DNA from: Octopus sinensis
Taxonomy: Eukaryota
Direction of reading: 5' to 3'
NCBI RefSeq assembly: GCF_006345805.1
Contig: NW_021829638.1
Coordinates: 1-32,182 of the forward strand
DNA: 32,182 bases
Under the pieces are notes generated by a model that made no database searches, was not told the DNA's origin, and saw nothing but the letters and a program-made list of their open reading frames with translations. Below, one piece after another: positions 21,736-32,182 of the stretch (positions within the stretch are counted from its first letter, which is position 1; the number at the start of each line of letters is the position of its first letter). Position numbers and translations under genes: made by a program.

Positions 21736-22289
21736 TAGGGCACCTACACTATGGGAACAGTTCTTGCCTAAAGATGTCACATCTTAGCAGCAGCATCGTC
21801 ATCATCATCATCGACGTCGTCGTCGTCATTATTATCATTATTGTTCAACATTTGGTAGTTTCAGGCAAATTTCTACATCATCATCTGCTACACCTCCATG
21901 TTGCTGGGGCGTGTGCAGCATTCTGTGTTCTTTTCTGTTGATGGGAGTGTGAAAACTTTTCCCGGCATTGTATTGCGTCAGTTTTTTTCTTTTGAGGTGT
22001 AGTGTAGTTTTTTTGTTGTATTATTGTTTGTATTTTGTGTTGAGTGTGCAATGCGTTGATTGCCTAGGTTTATGGTGGATGTTTATTTCATTGGATAATT
22101 GTTGTATAGAATGTGTCTTATGTGGATTGTTTTGTTTAGTTTGTATTATAGAATTGATAGTGTCTTTGGATGTTCCTAACAGGGCTATTCGACTTGACTC
22201 AGGATAGATCTTATTGCTAGTAGAGTTTATATAGGTAATAGATTACTACCTGTAATCTTAGATATCCACAAGATCTCAATAAGTCATCA

Positions 22290-23790
22290 AGTGCTCAAAA
22301 TCCTTCTCATGATTTTTCTGTTCTTAAGAGGTAAACTTACAGTAGAAACTCTACAAGACATTTCACTCCTATCTTCTCTGGCCATTAATGTACGTCATCC
22401 CTCACCATCAGCGGTTATCACAGGTACAACCTTTAGAGATTTCATATTTCAAATCCTTACAATCTCAAATTTTAAGGGGTTGTATTTTTTTCATCTTTTT
22501 TCTTTGCAACCCTGGAATTAAAAGGATATCATGGATCAATCAGTAACCAAATTCGCATTTTGTTGTCTAATATTGTTTTATCTAGTTCATTATTTCTATC
22601 TTCTCATCCGTTTGAATGGGAAAATCTCACAAAATTTTGCATTTTTCCAACCTAAGTGCTTTTTGTATCTGATGCATGTGGCATGTAATTCCTGCTTCAA
22701 ACCCCCATATCTGACCATGCTTCCAGTATAAAACTTTCACGGCTTTATCATGCCTCTATCTCTTACATTCTTCTTGAACCAACTTGGGGCACTCTGCAAC
22801 AGATATGTGTCATTGTTTCATCCTAAACACCACATACTCAACATTTTGCTTACATATTCTCCCCATAAACATATTTTCTCAAGCTGTTTGCTAGCAGCGC
22901 TTGTTCTTGCGTTGCTATACTAAGGCACTCTGCTTTTTAATTGCCTCAGTTTCAATCAAGCCCAGAATTTTATTCCACAAACATCCTCAATGGCTTTTCC
23001 AAAACTGACCATGCAAATGGCTTTCATCAATCTATTTAACATGTTCTCTATGAATTATCAGTCTAGTCCTTTTCTCCTTTTGGTTGCCTATTCTTTATTC
23101 ACTGACCTTCTTGTGTTTTTCCTTTATGTAAATAATCAATTAAGTGGTTTCGCTCCATTTGCGTATATTTTTCCATAGCAATTAAGCCTCTTCAATTCTG
23201 GTCTCTCTTCAAGTACAACTGGTTAATATCGGCTTTCAGATAGTGGGCTCCATACATAGTCGACAACTGGCTTTTCTGTTAAGTTTCTGCACTTCGTCTG
23301 TTGTCCAATCCACAATTTTAACTGATTACAGGTACTTCTCTTGAATTAACTGCTTCAATAACATCTATTTAATTCAGCCTTGACTATAATATTTTCCTCA
23401 CTTTCCTTTTTTTATTTCATCTGCTTCCAGTATTCTCAAATACTTATACTGCTTCCTTTCTGAACTGCTTTCATTGTTTGCCCGTTTGACATTTCAGTTC
23501 TTTGGCTTCCTTCAAATCTTCCCTGTTTCATTATGAATATTATGCATTTTGATTCTCAAGTTCCATAACTACATCATTTGAGAAAATGCAAACAATGCGT
23601 GCTTCTCATTTTTCGCATAAAGCTTTATATTATCGATAAAAAGGAGATGATGTTCACCCTCCCAAATTTTTGTTTTCCTCTAATCAATTTAGTACTTCAG
23701 TGTTTCATACTTTCCATCATTTTCACTATATTTTTCTGCCACTCCAGATATGCTAATTTTCTTTACTTATTCAGCTGTCTGGTATCATGT
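22290..23790 (-). mobile_element. decayed R4/Dong-like LINE (RT domain 3 to REL)
   Basis: DMIPDS*I..SGVAENIVKMMESMKH, LLFIDNIKLYAKNEK, then RVCGV*DETMTHI..ECPKL..RHDKAVK (CCHC knuckle) and DFPIQTDEKIE. Confidence 0.7.
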
Positions 23791-23794
23791 CTCT

Positions 23795-25111
23795 TAGTCT
23801 TTATGGGGAAATTCCACAAGAACTTGTAATACTTATTTTGTTTTAATCACAGACTCTGATTCATGTTCATATCTCTTTTCTGTTATTTTGATGCTAAATA
23901 TTCGGCTAACATCCCAATGCATTATTTTGCCTACACAGTCATGTCTACGTTTATACTTCTTTTGTGCTAGTATACTGCACTCACTCCTTTCCTGTAAATT
24001 CTGCATTTGTTTCCTTGCTGAGTTTTGTCGATCTTTGCTTCTATCAGGTTTGTTCTGGGGGCTTGTTCGTGAGCGACTATAATTGGCGTTTCTGTTTCTC
24101 ATTTCAAGTTCCCGTTCGTCAGCCAGAACCAGTGTTCTTTACTTCCGACATTGTCGGTTTGTTGCATGAATTGGCTATGTAGTTCCATCTCTTTCCATCT
24201 GTTTGCTCTGTTGCTCTTCTTTTTCTCTTTGCTTCTCCTACTGTTCCGGTCACTTTTTGGGTATCTCTGGCTGCCGATAGTATTCTTTCTCTACTCTGTA
24301 CAACGTAATTTTTCAGACCCAGTATCGCTCTATTAACAGTGTTTTCTACGTTGAGTAATCCCCTGCCATCTTCCTTTCTTCGTAGATAGAATCAATCGGT
24401 ATTGTTTACAGGATGATGTGCGTTGTGCATTGAGAGCAGCTTTTTAGTTCTTCTATCCGAGTTCTGTATCTCGACCTTTGTCCATTAAAAAAAAAAGGAG
24501 CAGTGTATCTCAATACGGGAATATGTATTTTATGCATTTATGACTTTAATGATGTTCCCGCCATCCAGTCTTGTTTCGACCACTTTCCTAATTCTCTTCT
24601 TGTTCCCTTGGTAACTTTCTCATTTCTCCTTCCATTATCCAGTCGTCTTGTAGTACTCCAAAGTATTTTTCATTATTCCACAGCAATCTAGTGATGGTGT
24701 CTTGTTGTAATGTTATGCCATCAGACTTTACCTTCCGGTCCTTCTTCATATTATTACAACGCATTTATTTATTCCAAACTGATTCCAGTATCATTAATGA
24801 ATACTCTCACTGTTTAGATCAAAGAGTCAAGGCCTGTCTCAATTTTGTATTCAAAGTAGGTTATTTGTCAGGAGGGTTAGCACAATGACAAAGAGTAACG
24901 GACAGAGCGAGTTTCCTCGGAAAATGCACCCTGCGTATCTTCACGCTGCCTTGCGATTTATTTGCATATATTACTTCTACGTCTCACGCTCTCATTGCTT
25001 TCTCCAAAAAGTTCTTTATCTTCTCATTGACTCCGAGCATCCTCAGATACTCTCAAGAGCCAGCTGTGTGAGACAAGCCTTCCTGTAATCTATCCATCCA
25101 ACATCTAAAGT
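23795..25111 (-). mobile_element. decayed R4/Dong-like LINE (RT domain 2/3 through CCHC region)
   Basis: WIDYRKA..LRMLGVNEKIKNFLEKAMR..IFRGNSLCPLLFVIVL..RRTKKLLSMHNAHHP..RKEDGRGLLNVE..ECSILAQKKYKRRHDCVGKIMHWD..KFLWNFPIKT. Confidence 0.85.
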
Positions 25112-25212
25112 CTCCTGGCCACAGGGGCATATATAAAGGCAGACAAGAATTTGTGTGCGGATTTACATAAAGGAAGAAATGAAAAAAAAAAGGCGAATTG
25201 CGATAAAGGTAT

Positions 25213-25359
25213 ACATATGGTTGTGACGCAAGTGCCTCCTGTACCCTTATCAGACGGGTAGCCATGATGAGTATACTGGGCTTCGTATATTTTACCCCAG
25301 TGTCACCTTGATAGTATGCACTACTCTCTTATTTAATAATAACAACAATAATAATAATA

Positions 25360-25396
<37 letters not shown>

Positions 25397-25428
25397 TAAT
25401 AATAATATAATAATAATAATAATAATAA
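25213..25428 (+). mobile_element. 3' end of the repeat family seen at 3113-3654, plus (AAT)n tail
   Basis: ACATATGGTTGTGA..TACCCTTATCAGACG..TATACTGGGCTTCGTATATTTTACCCCAG matches the reverse complement of about 3121-3247. (AAT)n runs 25335-25428. Confidence 0.8.
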
Positions 25429-25637
25429 AACGATAGGATAATGGAAGGAGAAATGGAGAAGGAAGAATGGAAGGAGGAGTAGGTTTTAAATTTTGGCACA
25501 AAGCAGCTAGTTATTTTTCTCTCAAACCAATTTAAAGTTTTTAAGCAACCCATGCCAACAACAAAACAAAGCATTGTGTATTGATGTTCCAGCAAATTAA
25601 CAGTTTCATGTATATACATACATACACACACACACAC

Positions 25638-25668
<31 letters not shown>

Positions 25669-26024
25669 TGTTCGAAGGTTATATGGATACAGTTTGTGTA
25701 TCAAATAGCTAACTTAAGGCGATGGCCTCATGGAGCTAATAAGCGGACAGCTTTATTCTTATTTTTATAAGAATGCCATATTAGTATGGCGATAACTATT
25801 ATTTTCCGGAAACGCTGCCGTTGTTCTCTTTTAGAGAGACTTAGTAATTTTAATATTTCTATTATATATATAGTGTAATAAATAAAATATATGCATACAT
25901 ACAAACATATATATACGTACCTACATCTACATGTATATATACATGCATATATAAATATATATACGTGAGTACAAGACACCACAACTAGACGTAGAACTCA
26001 ACGAGAAACGAAAACGGAAAAACC

Positions 26025-27081
26025 ACTGGGAAAACTTTTCTCAACAAATTAATATTGACTGAGATTAGGCGAACACAAGGCATTGCTCTAGCTGTGGCAT
26101 CATCTGGAATTGCGGCTACTTTGTTGCCAGGCGGCAGGACAGCTCACTCCACTTTCAAGCTTCCGCTTGACTTAGCGAAGACTGAGACACCAACTTGCAA
26201 CATCAGTAACAGCTCCGATCAGGCAGAAGTCTTCAGACGATGCAAGCTTATCGTTTGGGATGAATGCACGATGGCCCACAGAGGTGCTCTTGAGGCACTA
26301 GATAGATCTCTCAGAGACATCAAACACTCTTCAGCTCCCATGAGAGGCATAACACTTCTTCTTTCAGGGGACTTCCGACAAACACATCCCGTTATTCCCA
26401 AAGGGACTAGAACTGATGCAGTAAGTGCGTGTCTTAAGTCATCCACATTGTGGCCACTGGTGAAGACTCTCAAACTTCATACCAATATGCGTGCTTATAT
26501 GCGACGTAATATCACATCAGCAGCATTTTCTCACACCCTCCTTGCACTTGGCGAAGGCAAAATACCAGGGGATGAAAATGGTAATATTGCCATCGATTCC
26601 ATTTGTACCATTGTTAAAACGCCTTCTGATCTCAGAGATGCAGTGTTCCCAGATCTACAAGCTAATTATCAGAATATAGATTGGATTGGCAAAAAGGCTA
26701 TACTGGCCCCGAGGAATAAAACTGTTCACCATATTAATGATGAAATGCTAAAACTCATTCCTGGGGATGTCTATGTATATAGGTCTATCGATACAACTCC
26801 TGACCCAGAGGACGTCATCAACTATCCAATAGAGGTACTCAATTCCTTTGAGCTCCCCAGACTACCACCACACATTCTCAAACTTAAAGTGGTGCCCCCT
26901 AATGCTCATTAGAAATTTGGTTCCCCCAAAACAATGCAATGGCACACGCTTGATCGTTAAGTCCTTATCTCCCACCGTAAACTTATGTCAATTTTTGCCT
27001 GAATAATCATCATAATTCAGTGCAATCATTAACAGTACTTTCAAGCAATTCATTCCCGAGCATCGCCGGGCAATTCTGCTA

Positions 27082-27082
<1 letters not shown>
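26025..27082 (+). mobile_element. Helitron 3' fragment with intact terminal signals
   Basis: Starts within Walker A (TGKTFL) of a PIF1-like helicase. Ends with hairpin CCCG-AGCATCGC-CGGG (27055-27070), then CTAG (27079-27082) followed by T. Confidence 0.92.
26055..26912 (+). pseudogene. Helitron PIF1-family (SF1B) helicase fragment
   Basis: AVASSGIAATLLPGGRTAHSTFKLPL, IVWDECTM, LLSGDFRQTHPV, AILAPRN, PPHILKLKV. The continuation MLIRNL..CNGTRL is in a shifted frame. Confidence 0.92.
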
Positions 27083-27151
<69 letters not shown>

Positions 27152-27654
27152 GTATGTATGTGTGTATATCATATATAATATATGCGTCTAAGCACGAACA
27201 AAAAAAGATTTTTCGTTAAGTATTATCTACCTTTCACTTCTACTCTACTTCCTTTTCTTTCTCTTAACATTACAATAACGAAGCTGATTACGTCATTTTC
27301 TCTATACTAGAATGTATACTTTCCGCGTTCATAATTTATATCTTTTTGCGTTTCAATAATTTTTCTCTGATTTTACTCATTCTCGAATTTGATGGACATA
27401 AGCCGTCTCAAGAAATCTCTAGTGAGACTTTTATCGATGTACCAGAACAGGTCGAAACATGTGCTGTACCCAATAAAGTCTATTACACATTCCATCTCCT
27501 ATTTTGTTAATACTGTTAACCCAACCGCCTCTACGAAGTCCCTGCAGTAAATCTACGGATAACAATGGGTAATCGAAACTGTGCCAGTGCTTTACTCATC
27601 ATCCATTTATACATTTAGTATAATTTCTCCATTATATATACATATATGTATGCA

Positions 27655-28862
27655 TTGGATCATCCCATAAATAACGCGGCTTTTTTATACTTTTAATCTT
27701 CAAAATCAAGATAAATTTCTTTTTTAGTCTAAAATATGCACTCCTTCATTTTCTTCAAAGCTCTTCCATCTATCTGGTAGACATGTCAGGCCCCTCGTCT
27801 ACAGAATTCATATTTCCGTCCAAATGATTTTTAAAACTGCAGAATAAATGATAATCAGATGGGGCAATGTCCGGCGAATATGGTAGGTGGGGCATCATTT
27901 CCCATTGAAACTGCTCCAGCCATTGGAATGTCATCCTTGCTGTATGTGGTCAAACATTAACCTGATGGAAGAACACCTTTCGTCTTGAAACCAAAGATAG
28001 TCGTTTTTCTTCTAGCGCTGACTTAAGACGCTCAAACTGCTCGCGGTAGATCTCCTTTGTTGTCGTTTGGTTTGGGTTTAAAAGTTCAAAGTGGACTAAA
28101 CCTTTCATATCTTCCCAAACAGATAAGAGCACCTTACGTGGGTGAAGACCTTCTTTATCCTGGGGTTTCTACTTTCCCTTACCATTGCCTCAGCGCTTTA
28201 TATTTTTATAGAGAACCCACTTCTCGTCACCAGTCACTATTCGGTCCAAAAATGGTTCATTCGTGAGACGTGACAGCAATGAAGAGCACATATTCATTCT
28301 CTGCATGCGATTAAACTTGGAAAGCTTGTGAGGAACCCGCTGACTCAATTTACTAACTTTTCCGATGGCATGCAAGTGTCGATGAATGGTTAAACGACCA
28401 AATCCAAGCTCCTCTGCTTGCTCCTCAACATATACGATGGGATTTTGTTCCACCAGGCTTGGTAGGACGTCCTCGTCGAGTTCTACAGATCTTTCAGGAC
28501 GAAGCTTGTCTTCTAAGCTGTAGTTTCCGGATCGGAATTTCTGGAACCACTGAAGCTTATGCTTATTGTCCGATCTCCATTTACTGCATTAATATTCCTC
28601 ACACTTACAGTTGTTTTGTTGCCTTTATTGAACTCGTAAGGCAAAATATGCCGAATATGCTCCTTTGTCATTTCCATTATAGCTTTTAAAAAATAACTGT
28701 TAAAATCGAACTGCATTCTTCAAATTTGCACTAAGATTAAAGCCAAGGTAAAATTACCACCTGCTTTTATAACAAGTTGATGCAGGGAGTTTATCCCATC
28801 CCCCACCGACTTTTAGTTCATGCAATTGAAAAAAACAACACATTATATATGGAATGATCCAA
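27655..28862 (-). mobile_element. mariner (DD34D-type) transposon relic, about 1.2 kb
   Basis: Imperfect ~30-bp TIRs TTGGATCATCCCATAAATAA / TTGGATCATTCCATATATAA, with TA at 28863-28864 (CA on the left). Transposase pieces: EHIRHIL, RVPHKLS, IVTGDEKWVLY, GLVHFELL, PYSPDIAPSDY. Confidence 0.9.
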
Positions 28863-28870
28863 TATGTTTG

Positions 28871-28908
<38 letters not shown>

Positions 28909-28955
28909 CATATATAAATATAACATATATATATATAAACATATATATATCTATC

Positions 28956-28990
<35 letters not shown>

Positions 28991-29002
28991 ATATTATATA
29001 TA

Positions 29003-29051
<49 letters not shown>

Positions 29052-29074
29052 ACATATATATATATATATATAAC

Positions 29075-29288
29075 ATATAACATTTAGGAATGGCCTTAAC
29101 AGGCCATTCGTCCACTAGACAGAGCAGCCATAACTCTAACCGCAAAGTAATAATTCGGAAATAGGTGAAAAATTAAAATGTTTTTAATTTTTCACCTATT
29201 TCCGAATTATATTACTTTGCGGTTAGAGTTATGGCTGCTCTGTCTAGTGGACGAATGGCCTGTTAAGGCCATTCCTAAATTGTTATAT
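29075..29288. repeat. near-perfect ~210-bp palindrome with 3-nt loop, embedded in (TA)n
   Basis: The arms are exact reverse complements apart from a 2-nt and a 1-nt indel. The centre is AATTAAAA-TGT-TTTTAATT (loop 29179-29181). Confidence 0.93.
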
Positions 29289-29425
29289 ATTTACATTTTA
29301 GTCTCATGACTATTTTTCCTTTCCACTGGGCCGCTGGTAGTGATAAATTTCTATCGAATTTTTTACTACCCTAAATTGATTAATTATATAACATATATAT
29401 ATATATATAAACATATATATATATA

Positions 29426-30470
29426 TTTTATTTTTTTCTAGTTTCAGCTCAGAGCTGCGGCCATGCTGATTCACTGCCGTTCTGTGCCAGACTGTTATTA
29501 CGACGAACCTCGTCTAATATGTGGCACTTGGTGAAGAATGGAGTTTGATATAGCTACCCTCATTTGCACCTCTTGCCGTGAGATAGGTTCATCTGGGACT
29601 CTTGACAGGAAGATGTCCGGCTTTGATTTAAAAACCGCTACATCTACTTTGTGCAAGTTCCTCAGACTCTTTGGGAGAATATTAAAAAGCTGTGGGCCCT
29701 TGAAACCCAGGCTGTTGCAGAAGCTGGTCCTGAAGCGTGATGGCATTGCTGGGATCTTTGGCACTATCCAGTGTCGTTCCGTTCTAGCATTGGTGTAGCT
29801 TACAATGCCAAAATTTGGCACAATTCCTTCGAGGATCTTCCAGACATATATTACTGCATACCTCTCCCGTCTTCTCTCCAGGGAGTAGAGTCTTATCTGT
29901 TTCAACCTTTCCCAGTAGCTGAGCTGTTGCAAAGAGACGATCTTCTTTGTGAATCTTCTCTGGATTGATTCAAGGTCCACTGTTATTTTTACACTGGTGG
30001 GTGACCATAGCTGTGAGCAGTAATCCAGGCGGCTGAGGAAGAATGTCCGCCAGAGGACCATCATAGTTTCCTTATCTCTGGTTCTGAATGTTCTTAGGAT
30101 CCACCTAGCTAGTCGTCTGCATTTTGTCGCCATCCTGGTAATGTGCACTTGGAAAGAGGTATCATCACTCATGTCGAAACCCAGGTCCCTCACAGACTTA
30201 GGCTCTGGGATTGAAATTCTCTGTGTACTGGTGTATCCTGTAAGTTTAATATTCAGTTTTGGATGATGGTAGCGCAGGGCCTGGAATTTTTCAGCATTAA
30301 ACTGCATATTATTATCCTCAGCCCATCTGTAGATTGAGTCCAACTCCTGCTGCAGGTGTGCAACATCGCTGGGATTCTGTATTTTCTGCGAGACTTTCGT
30401 ATCGTCTGCATAGCTGGCCAGAGCGGCTATCCGGGCATTTGAGGACATATCTGAAAGGGCCACTATAAAT
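29426..30470 (-). mobile_element. 5'-truncated CR1/L2-group LINE (RT C-terminal half plus 3' UTR)
   Basis: SYADDTK, WAEDNNMQFNAEKF, SRLDYCSQLWSP, LESIQRRFTK, YWERLKQIRLYSLERRRERY. The short 3' UTR has a stem-loop and an A-rich tail. The listed ORF start (30565) lies outside the homology. Confidence 0.9.
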
Positions 30471-30532
30471 TTTTTTTTTCTCCCTCTGTTTGCCCACCTC
30501 GGGATCTTTTTTCCTCTCTCTTCCATCTTTAT

Positions 30533-30567
30533 GTTTCCGACGAAGAGCTCCGCTCGAAACGTCATAC
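30533..30567 (+). ncRNA. degenerate hammerhead-like motif in a pLTR-like repeat
   Basis: GUUU-CCGACGA-A-GAGC ucc GCUC-GAAACGUC-AUAC. It has a 4-bp stem II and palindromic ACGU with a GUC triplet, but the core is CCGA instead of CUGA. Confidence 0.4.
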
Positions 30568-30684
30568 CTTCCTGCTTCCATCTTTCCTGAGCGCCTATTA
30601 ATATTAATACTGTAATTGTTCCACGTGTTGTTTGTTTTTTCTGTTTTCCCGTTTGGATTAAAATATATATATATATATATTATA

Positions 30685-30762
<78 letters not shown>

Positions 30763-31064
30763 ATATATACATACCTACATATATATATACGTGTGTGTGT
30801 GTGTAAGGATAGAGAATATGGAGATTGGTACATCCTCAAAATTTACCTTTTTATTTCACAATGTCATATAGCATATTTTTTAAAGTTACGACTTACACGT
30901 TTTTCATTGTGGATAGCCGTAACCTAGAACATAACTGAGAGCTCCCACGATATCCGCCGGATAGTATATCCCTCTAAATTCACATTAAATATAAATGTGT
31001 GTGTATGTGTGTGTGTATATGTGCATGCATGTATATATTTATACATGCGTACATATACACACAC

Positions 31065-31241
31065 ACATACATACATACAAACATACATTCATACATACAT
31101 ACACTCATACATACATACATACATACATACATACATACATACATACACACATACATACATACATACATACATACATACATACATACATACATACATACAT
31201 ACATACATACATACATACATACATACATACATACATACATA
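31065..31241. repeat. (CATA)n microsatellite
   Basis: Read directly. Confidence 0.97.
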
Positions 31242-31242
31242 G

Positions 31243-31520
31243 AGATCCTGATAGGAATTGTAAAATCTATAAACTTACACCGTTTATTTTGTCCTCCATA
31301 ACCATATCTGATCTTGATTCAATAGTATGGTCAGTCTTTACGAGGGTGTCCCATAAAATCTTATAATTCTTATTGTATATCATAGCTTCTGGCTTTTGTT
31401 CACACTCGGCTAACATCCGAATGCACTCTTTTACCGATACTGTCATGCATGCGCTTACACTCTTTTTGTGCTAGCTTACTGCATTCACTCACTTGATGAT
31501 TGATACTTTTAATATTATTG
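31243..31520 (-). mobile_element. R4/Dong-like LINE fragment (CCHC end to start of REL)
   Basis: SINHQVSECSKLAQKECKRMHDSIGKRVH..YKILWDTLVKTDHTIESRSDMV..IDFTIP. Confidence 0.72.
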
Positions 31521-31599
31521 TTATATATTAAAAACTGTATTATCATCATCTCCGTCGTCGTCGAGTCGTCGTCACCACCACCAGCAACAGCATTATTAT

Positions 31600-32182
31600 T
31601 ACTACTTTGACATGCAGTGTAGATGGGAAATGCACCGTCAAATCACAAGGACCTCAGACAGATAATATTTTCCTTAAAATGCACGTAGTACCTAGCAAGG
31701 GTGATTTTTTGTATGGTACCAGTCTTGCTTGGCATTACCAACTGCTTTTAAAACTCTTGAATTTTCAATAAGATTGATTTTGATCACATCTGGTATCACT
31801 TTTACATTACTCTCTCGCATTTCAAAGTCTTGTCTTTTCCAGTTTCACTTCGGACTACATAGTGATTTTTTTCAACCTCTTTACTCGCAACATTTATGTC
31901 ATTTGGTATGGCTACGTCAATGATCTGACAGTATTTGTCTTTTGTTCAATACGACAATGTCCACTCGGTGATGCTCAATTAGTCTATCAATCTGAAAATC
32001 ATAATCCCAGAATATCTTTGCGTTCCCATCTTCCTACATTACTTTACCAGGTACACACTCATACCAGCTCTTAAAAGCCAAAGAAGATTTTTAAGAATAA
32101 CATAGCAGCGCTCGTATTCTTTATGAGTAAGGCTTTCACATTCACTTACCAAGTGGGTAACATTTTCTACATTCTTTTCAAG
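31600..32182 (-). mobile_element. R4/Dong-like LINE 3' end (REL), continues beyond window
   Basis: VENVTHLVSECESL..KIFWDYDFQIDRLIEHHRVDIVVL..IIDVAIPNDINVASKE..TLLGTTCILRKILSV*. Confidence 0.8.

Noticed and set aside
21860-22280. Possible Penelope-like 3' remnant on the minus strand (CAGATGATGA..GAAAC)
   Set aside because: Peptide similarity is marginal and no hammerhead stems can be formed.

Overview
This is AT-rich, microsatellite-dense eukaryotic DNA made almost entirely of decayed transposable elements. The SINE families and repeat landscape look like an octopus (cephalopod) genome; that is an inference from recognition, not a database search. I recognise no host protein-coding gene, rRNA, tRNA or CRISPR array, and most listed ORFs are translated microsatellites or antisense frames. 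Contents: (1) eight fragments of R4/Dong-like LINEs carrying a restriction-like endonuclease (REL), all on the minus strand and several abutting (TAA)n arrays; (2) three RTE-clade LINEs, all on the plus strand, one apparently full length (13560-17439, 11-bp target-site duplication, TSD); (3) a 5'-truncated CR1-type LINE; (4) a Helitron 3' fragment; (5) a mariner relic; (6) many tRNA-derived SINEs; (7) four fold-back or inverted-repeat elements; (8) Penelope-like remnants. The best leads are a near-canonical minimal type I hammerhead ribozyme (12887-12932) plus several decayed look-alikes, suggesting a Penelope-derived or retrozyme-like family. Other leads are a Merlin-like MITE with telomere-like internal repeats, a 200-bp near-perfect palindrome, an internal LINE segment apparently copied 4.4 kb upstream, and a SINE/LINE shared 3' stem-loop with compensatory changes. 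All family labels come from motifs read by eye, and boundaries of degenerate elements are approximate.
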